Shown piece after piece: positions 59,564-64,000 of a stretch of 64,000 nucleotides of DNA. Position numbers and translations under genes: made by a program. The stretch covers positions 736,001-800,000 of the forward strand of contig OY763415.1 in assembly GCA_963667565.1 (NCBI GenBank). The letters run 5' to 3'. This DNA comes from Acholeplasmataceae bacterium. Its GTDB lineage: Bacteria; Bacillota_I; Bacilli_A; Acholeplasmatales; Acholeplasmataceae. Position 1 is the stretch's first letter, and each line of letters opens with the position of its first letter. Below the pieces are notes generated by a model. That model ran no database searches and had not been told where the DNA came from. It saw nothing but the letters and a program-made list of their open reading frames with translations.

Positions 59564-59716
59564 CTATCTTGAGGCACCAGATGTACTATCTATAAGTGAT
59601 GAAGATGTAGAACTTGTTGTATTGCTTGAGCTTGTTGATAGTGAGGGGGATGCCTCAGCGATAAACGCAATCAATAATAATATGATGAATAAAGCTATGA
59701 CAAATTTGTTTTTCAT
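59564..59716 (-). CDS. 50-aa membrane-tethered Ser/Thr peptide ending in flavinylation-like motif (not in ORF track)
   Basis: MKNKFVIALFIILLLIAFIAEASPSLSTSSSNTTSSTSSSLIDSTSGASR*; AGGT upstream; same position as 58274-58786 in module 2. Confidence 0.75.
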   Translation of the reverse strand: MKNKFVIALFIILLLIAFIAEASPSLSTSSSNTTSSTSSSLIDSTSGASR

Positions 59717-60006
59717 GCTTACTTACCTATGACCCTTCATTCATTTTATATGACTATCTTACTAAATACTTTAGATATATATAGTCTATTTGCATGTAAT
59801 ACCACTAAGTCACACAATTTATTGGACATAAAACATATTTTACGATAATTGAAATACCTCTATGGGATTTATTCCATATAGACGATCTATATGAAAAGCA
59901 TATGACTCATGCATGATAAAACATTTCAAGTTTTTTATTACAAACTTCATAACTATATGATAAAATAAATATAGAGGGGCCACTGATTAAAACTTGGGAG
60001 GCATTT

Positions 60007-61188
60007 ATGGATGCAATTACTGCTGCTATAGCAGTTTCTATTTTTGCTTTGTTTTCATTCTTTGCGATTTTATTATCATCATTAAACAATCTAGAAACTT
60101 TTAAAGAAAATAAATATATCGTTTTATCGTCTTTTTTGCTGTTCATCTCATTGATGTCTTTAGTTTTTGATTTGCGTTCTATGCAAACCAATACACATCA
60201 TTGGTGGTCAGCTTTTTTATTTGGTGCTTCTTTTTATGCTTCAATTTCAATTTTGGTTGGTTTAATAAGAATTTTATACGATCAAGATAAATCAATCAAA
60301 AAAACTTTATTGATAGTAACCACTTTAATAAGTGGCACATGGTTTATTGCCCCTATAGTTTATGAAAATTATATTATACGTTCCATCTCAATTAATTTAT
60401 TGATTTCGGCTCCTTTTGCATATTTAGTCTTTATTTTTGCATATAAAAAAGTCCTGTTTTATAAATCTGTTTTCTTCTACTTAATAGGGATCATGGTTCT
60501 TCTTTATACATTCAAAAGTATTTTACTTATTACAGGTATAGATCAATCAGATTTTAATTCATTTACAGATATAACCATTTTATTTACTTTGATTCCATTC
60601 GTCATTTTAATTTCAACTTTTCTCGCTTATTTGTTAGAAAAAGAAAGACTTCAAAAAATTGAACTAAAAAAGAATGAGCTACGATTGAATTTGACTCTAG
60701 ATAAAATTAAAAGTATCAGTGAGACTGATTTAGTCACAAAACATGCAAATCGCTATAAGTTAACAATTGAATTAGAAAAACATTTTTATCAGTATATAAA
60801 TCATCAAAAATGTTTCTCTATAATGATGTTGGATGTGAATAATTTTAAAGCTGTCAATGATAATTATGGTCACAATAAAGGTGATCAGGTACTTAAGTAT
60901 ATTGCTGATGAAATCACAAGCATACTTCCAATAAATCATGTATTTGGAAGATGGGGTGGTGATGAATTTTTAATCATCATTTCTGAATCCACGATTGATC
61001 TTTGTTCTCGTTACAAAGAGAAAATACATCAACATTTTAGTCATCAATTGTGTCCTTATATTAACGATCATCTTAACTTAAGTATAGGTTATTCGACCAT
61101 TGAATCAAAAACTGATATAAATGAATTGCTACATGAGGCAGATCAACATATGTATTTAGATAAAAATAAAAGTGCAATTGCCATATAA
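60007..61188 (+). CDS. Multi-TM diguanylate cyclase
   Basis: About 7 TM; DVNNFKAVNDNYGHNKGD; RWGGDEF. Confidence 0.88.
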   Translation: MDAITAAIAVSIFALFSFFAILLSSLNNLETFKENKYIVLSSFLLFISLMSLVFDLRSMQTNTHHWWSAFLFGASFYASISILVGLIRILYDQDKSIKKTLLIVTTLISGTWFIAPIVYENYIIRSISINLLISAPFAYLVFIFAYKKVLFYKSVFFYLIGIMVLLYTFKSILLITGIDQSDFNSFTDITILFTLIPFVILISTFLAYLLEKERLQKIELKKNELRLNLTLDKIKSISETDLVTKHANRYKLTIELEKHFYQYINHQKCFSIMMLDVNNFKAVNDNYGHNKGDQVLKYIADEITSILPINHVFGRWGGDEFLIIISESTIDLCSRYKEKIHQHFSHQLCPYINDHLNLSIGYSTIESKTDINELLHEADQHMYLDKNKSAIAI

Positions 61189-61206
61189 TGGCTATGCACT
61201 TTTTTA

Positions 61207-62610
61207 TTATTTAACCAAAGGATTTATAAATTGACCAATCTTCGCTTCTAAGAATGATGCTATTTGTAAGACTTCTTTATCTCTATGATGATCTGATAAG
61301 ATATATGTACCAAGTGGCATTTTATCTTTATTTAATCCCAATGGTATAGTCATTGAAGGAAACCCACAACATGGACCAAGACTTGTATATGAATCAAAAA
61401 TGAGGACATCTAAGTCTTTTTCCTTCATCAGTTTTTTAACTGATTGTTGCAATTCATATCTTTCTGTCATGGCTTCGATATATTCTTTTTCCAATAACGT
61501 TCCTTTATCCATAGTATATTGAAGAATAAATTGCCCATATTTTAATGCTCTTCGCTGATTTTCACGATTAAATTTAATGAGATCTAAGAGTGTATGGACT
61601 TCAGAGTTTTGATGATATTGACTTAAATATGATTCAAATGATGATTTGAATTCACCAAACATAATATGGACAAATTTTTTAGGTTCATGAAGTGATAAAT
61701 CATCAACAACACTAAATCCTCCATCTATTAATGCCTCTTTTATATCATTTATTTTTTCGTTAAATATTGTGTCAAAAGGAAGGTTTTTTCTAACAATCCC
61801 AATAGTCATACCTTTAAAATCTTCTCTTAATGATTCAAAATAAGAAATATGTTCTTTTTTCGAACATGTTGCAATATCTTCATCATCAATGGAAGTCATT
61901 GCATCTAAACCAATGGCAATATCACTGACTCTTCTCGCGATAGGACCCGCAGTATCTAATGTTGTTGAAATAGGGATAATACCTGTTCTTGACACCAAAC
62001 CTATGGTTGGTTTGAAACCACATACACCATTAACACTACTTGGGGATATGATGCTTCCTCCGGTCTCTGATCCGATTGTAAGAGGTGCAAGTCCAAGAGA
62101 TGCAGCAACAGCACTACCTGTTGAACTTCCAGAAGGATCAGCATCAATATCATATGCACAAAGCACAGAACCACCAACTGCACTATAACCATTTCTCATA
62201 TTTTGAGCCATAAAATTAGCAAGTTCTGTTAAATTGGTTTTCCCTAATATAACAGCACCTTGTTTTTTTAAGGCTTTAACTACTTCTGCATCTTCATCTG
62301 GTATATAATCTTTAAAAGCCAATGTACCTGCGCTGGTTTTTAAAGGACCTTTTGTATGTATATTATCTTTAAGTAATACTGGAATACCATGTAGCATCCC
62401 TTTAACCTCATTGATGGATCTTAAATAATCAGCATATTTCGCTTCAAATATAGCATTTTGATTAATCATTCTTACACTGTTATAAAAAGGAGTACCTTGG
62501 TCGATATCTTTAATTCTATTTAAAAAATAAATCACAAGTTCTTCAGAAGTTAGCATGTGATTTTGCATTAATTTTTGCAATTCTTTGATTGATAAATTTT
62601 GATAGTCCAT
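61207..62610 (-). CDS. Amidase signature family protein
   Basis: GIP.LLKDN, GKTN.TE, SGSSTGS, GSETGGSI. Confidence 0.92.
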   Translation of the reverse strand: MDYQNLSIKELQKLMQNHMLTSEELVIYFLNRIKDIDQGTPFYNSVRMINQNAIFEAKYADYLRSINEVKGMLHGIPVLLKDNIHTKGPLKTSAGTLAFKDYIPDEDAEVVKALKKQGAVILGKTNLTELANFMAQNMRNGYSAVGGSVLCAYDIDADPSGSSTGSAVAASLGLAPLTIGSETGGSIISPSSVNGVCGFKPTIGLVSRTGIIPISTTLDTAGPIARRVSDIAIGLDAMTSIDDEDIATCSKKEHISYFESLREDFKGMTIGIVRKNLPFDTIFNEKINDIKEALIDGGFSVVDDLSLHEPKKFVHIMFGEFKSSFESYLSQYHQNSEVHTLLDLIKFNRENQRRALKYGQFILQYTMDKGTLLEKEYIEAMTERYELQQSVKKLMKEKDLDVLIFDSYTSLGPCCGFPSMTIPLGLNKDKMPLGTYILSDHHRDKEVLQIASFLEAKIGQFINPLVK

Positions 62611-62715
62611 TGTTACCTCCACAAGTTTTATATACATATTATACTTTATTTGACTAAACTTTTACATTTAGATACGATTGTTTTATAATATGTTTATGAC
62701 TTAGGAGGTAACTAT

Positions 62716-64000
62716 ATGTTTCATAATAACCCATTACATTATCCTTACCCTTCCAAAAGAACATGTGTATATGCACATAATGGAATGGTCGCAACTTCTC
62801 AACCACTTGCTGCACAAGCAGGATTGGACATATTAAAAAAAGGTGGAAATGCTATAGATGCTGCTATTGCAACTGCAGCATGCTTAACTGTTGTTGAACC
62901 CACTTCTAATGGTATAGGAAGTGATGCATTTGCTCTTGTATGGACAAAAGGTGAGCTTTTCGGTTTAAATGCAAGTGGATATGCACCTAAAAATATTTCA
63001 ATTGATGCCATAAAAGCGTTAGGGTTTAATGAAATCCCTAGATTTGGTATGATTCCTGTCACTGTCCCTGGAACGCCTAAAGGATGGGCTGCTTTATCTA
63101 AAAGATTTGGTAAATTACCTTTGATTGAAGTCTTAGCGCCAGCAATTAAATATGCAAGAAAAGGATACCCATTATCTCCTACACTGGGATACCATTGGGA
63201 AAATGCTTTTAATATATATAAAAAACATTTAACAGGTGATGCGTTTAAACCATGGTTTGATACTTTTTCTATTGAAGAAAGAGCACCAAAAATAGGTGAG
63301 ATTTGGAAATCAGAAGGTCATGCAAAAACACTTGAATTAATTGGTCAAACATATGCAGATGCTTTTTATCATGGCGAACTTGCAGATCAAATCGTGGAAT
63401 TTTCCAATGCCCATCAAGGATTTCTTTCAAAAGATGACTTAGCTTCATATGATGTGGAATGGGTTAAACCAATCTCTGTTAATTATAAAGGATTTGACGT
63501 GTGTGAAATTCCGCCAAATGGTCAAGGCATAGTCACTTTAGAGGCATTAAACATTCTAAAAAATGATGAATTTATTGAAAAAGAAGATATTGAAACTTAT
63601 CATAAACAAATTGAAGCGATCAAACTCGCTTTTTCCGATGCACAAACATATATCACAGATCCAAAATTTATGAAAGTCTCTGTAGAAAGTCTTTTAGATG
63701 ATACTTATTGTTTAAAAAGACGTTCATTAATCCATGAGCAAGCCTTAGAACCAGCTCCTGGACTACCACCAAAAGGTGGTACTGTTTATTTAGCTACTGC
63801 TGATAAAGAAGGTAACATGGTTTCCTACATACAAAGTAATTATATGGGATTTGGATCAGGGATTGTCATTCCAAATACAGGCATTGCTTTACAAAATAGA
63901 GGTCATAATTTTTCTTTTGATAAGAACCATGACAATGCTCTAGCACCTTTAAAAAAACCGTATCATACGATTATTCCTGGTTTCTTACTTAAAGATGGGG
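62716..64000 (+). CDS. ggt: Gamma-glutamyltransferase family protein (truncated by window edge)
   Basis: Hand translation from ATG 62716 (RBS AGGAGG): GMVATSQPLA..AG..IL..GGNA.DAAIA, EIPPNGQG, GGTVYL, SNY.GFGSG, P.HTIIP. Confidence 0.92.
   Translation, partial: MFHNNPLHYPYPSKRTCVYAHNGMVATSQPLAAQAGLDILKKGGNAIDAAIATAACLTVVEPTSNGIGSDAFALVWTKGELFGLNASGYAPKNISIDAIKALGFNEIPRFGMIPVTVPGTPKGWAALSKRFGKLPLIEVLAPAIKYARKGYPLSPTLGYHWENAFNIYKKHLTGDAFKPWFDTFSIEERAPKIGEIWKSEGHAKTLELIGQTYADAFYHGELADQIVEFSNAHQGFLSKDDLASYDVEWVKPISVNYKGFDVCEIPPNGQGIVTLEALNILKNDEFIEKEDIETYHKQIEAIKLAFSDAQTYITDPKFMKVSVESLLDDTYCLKRRSLIHEQALEPAPGLPPKGGTVYLATADKEGNMVSYIQSNYMGFGSGIVIPNTGIALQNRGHNFSFDKNHDNALAPLKKPYHTIIPGFLLKDG

Noticed and set aside
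59875..59893. Palindrome CATATAGA-cga-TCTATATG in the 59.7-60.0 kb intergenic region, and ORF 59907-60191
   Set aside because: Single AT-rich palindrome with no assignable regulator or riboswitch match; the ORF is largely antisense to the DGC.
5262..61188. Hypr-type (cGAMP-making) GGDEF among the two DGCs
   Set aside because: Both keep the guanine-specifying Asp in GHxxGD, so they look like canonical c-di-GMP synthases.
4351..62192. Remaining short ORFs nested in or antisense to long genes (e.g. 10596, 19315, 30636, 43250, 50815, 61889)
   Set aside because: No recognisable motifs, and they overlap well-supported genes.
62799..63062. 87-aa minus-strand ORF
   Set aside because: Antisense shadow of ggt, which runs off the window on the plus strand.

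Overview
AT-rich bacterial chromosome segment using the standard code (TGA = stop). Gene content and style suggest a free-living Mollicute (Acholeplasmataceae/Izemoplasmatales-like); this is inference. Housekeeping blocks are nusB-xseAB-dxs-tlyA-recN, potABCD, Trk, gnd-zwf, tRNA-Val and ggt. Main discovery (15.4-37.2 kb, minus strand): a ~17.6 kb operon behind THREE tandem c-di-GMP-I (GEMM) riboswitch-terminator units, all with an unusual U at the ligand-pairing C92 position, plus a fourth internal riboswitch. It encodes two SipW-type signal peptidases, five SipW-signal (TasA/CalY-like) fibre subunits, a probable membrane-anchored subunit and a 2488-aa adhesin. It also holds a membrane-anchored McrB-like AAA+ NTPase with a nuclease-less DUF2357/coiled-coil partner. 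Two GGDEF-EAL genes lie directly upstream. The likely reading is a second-messenger-gated extracellular fibre/biofilm system that has co-opted an McrBC-type motor. Second discovery (57.6-59.7 kb): two tandem modules, each a membrane-tethered low-complexity peptide with Dxx[S/T]GA[S/T] flavinylation motifs (one an unannotated 50-aa ORF) plus an MsrQ-like membrane protein. Also present: a fluoride riboswitch on a cation/H+ antiporter, and an XRE-GAF-PAS-PAS-HD-GYP fusion with an operator-like array and a 29-aa small membrane ORF.
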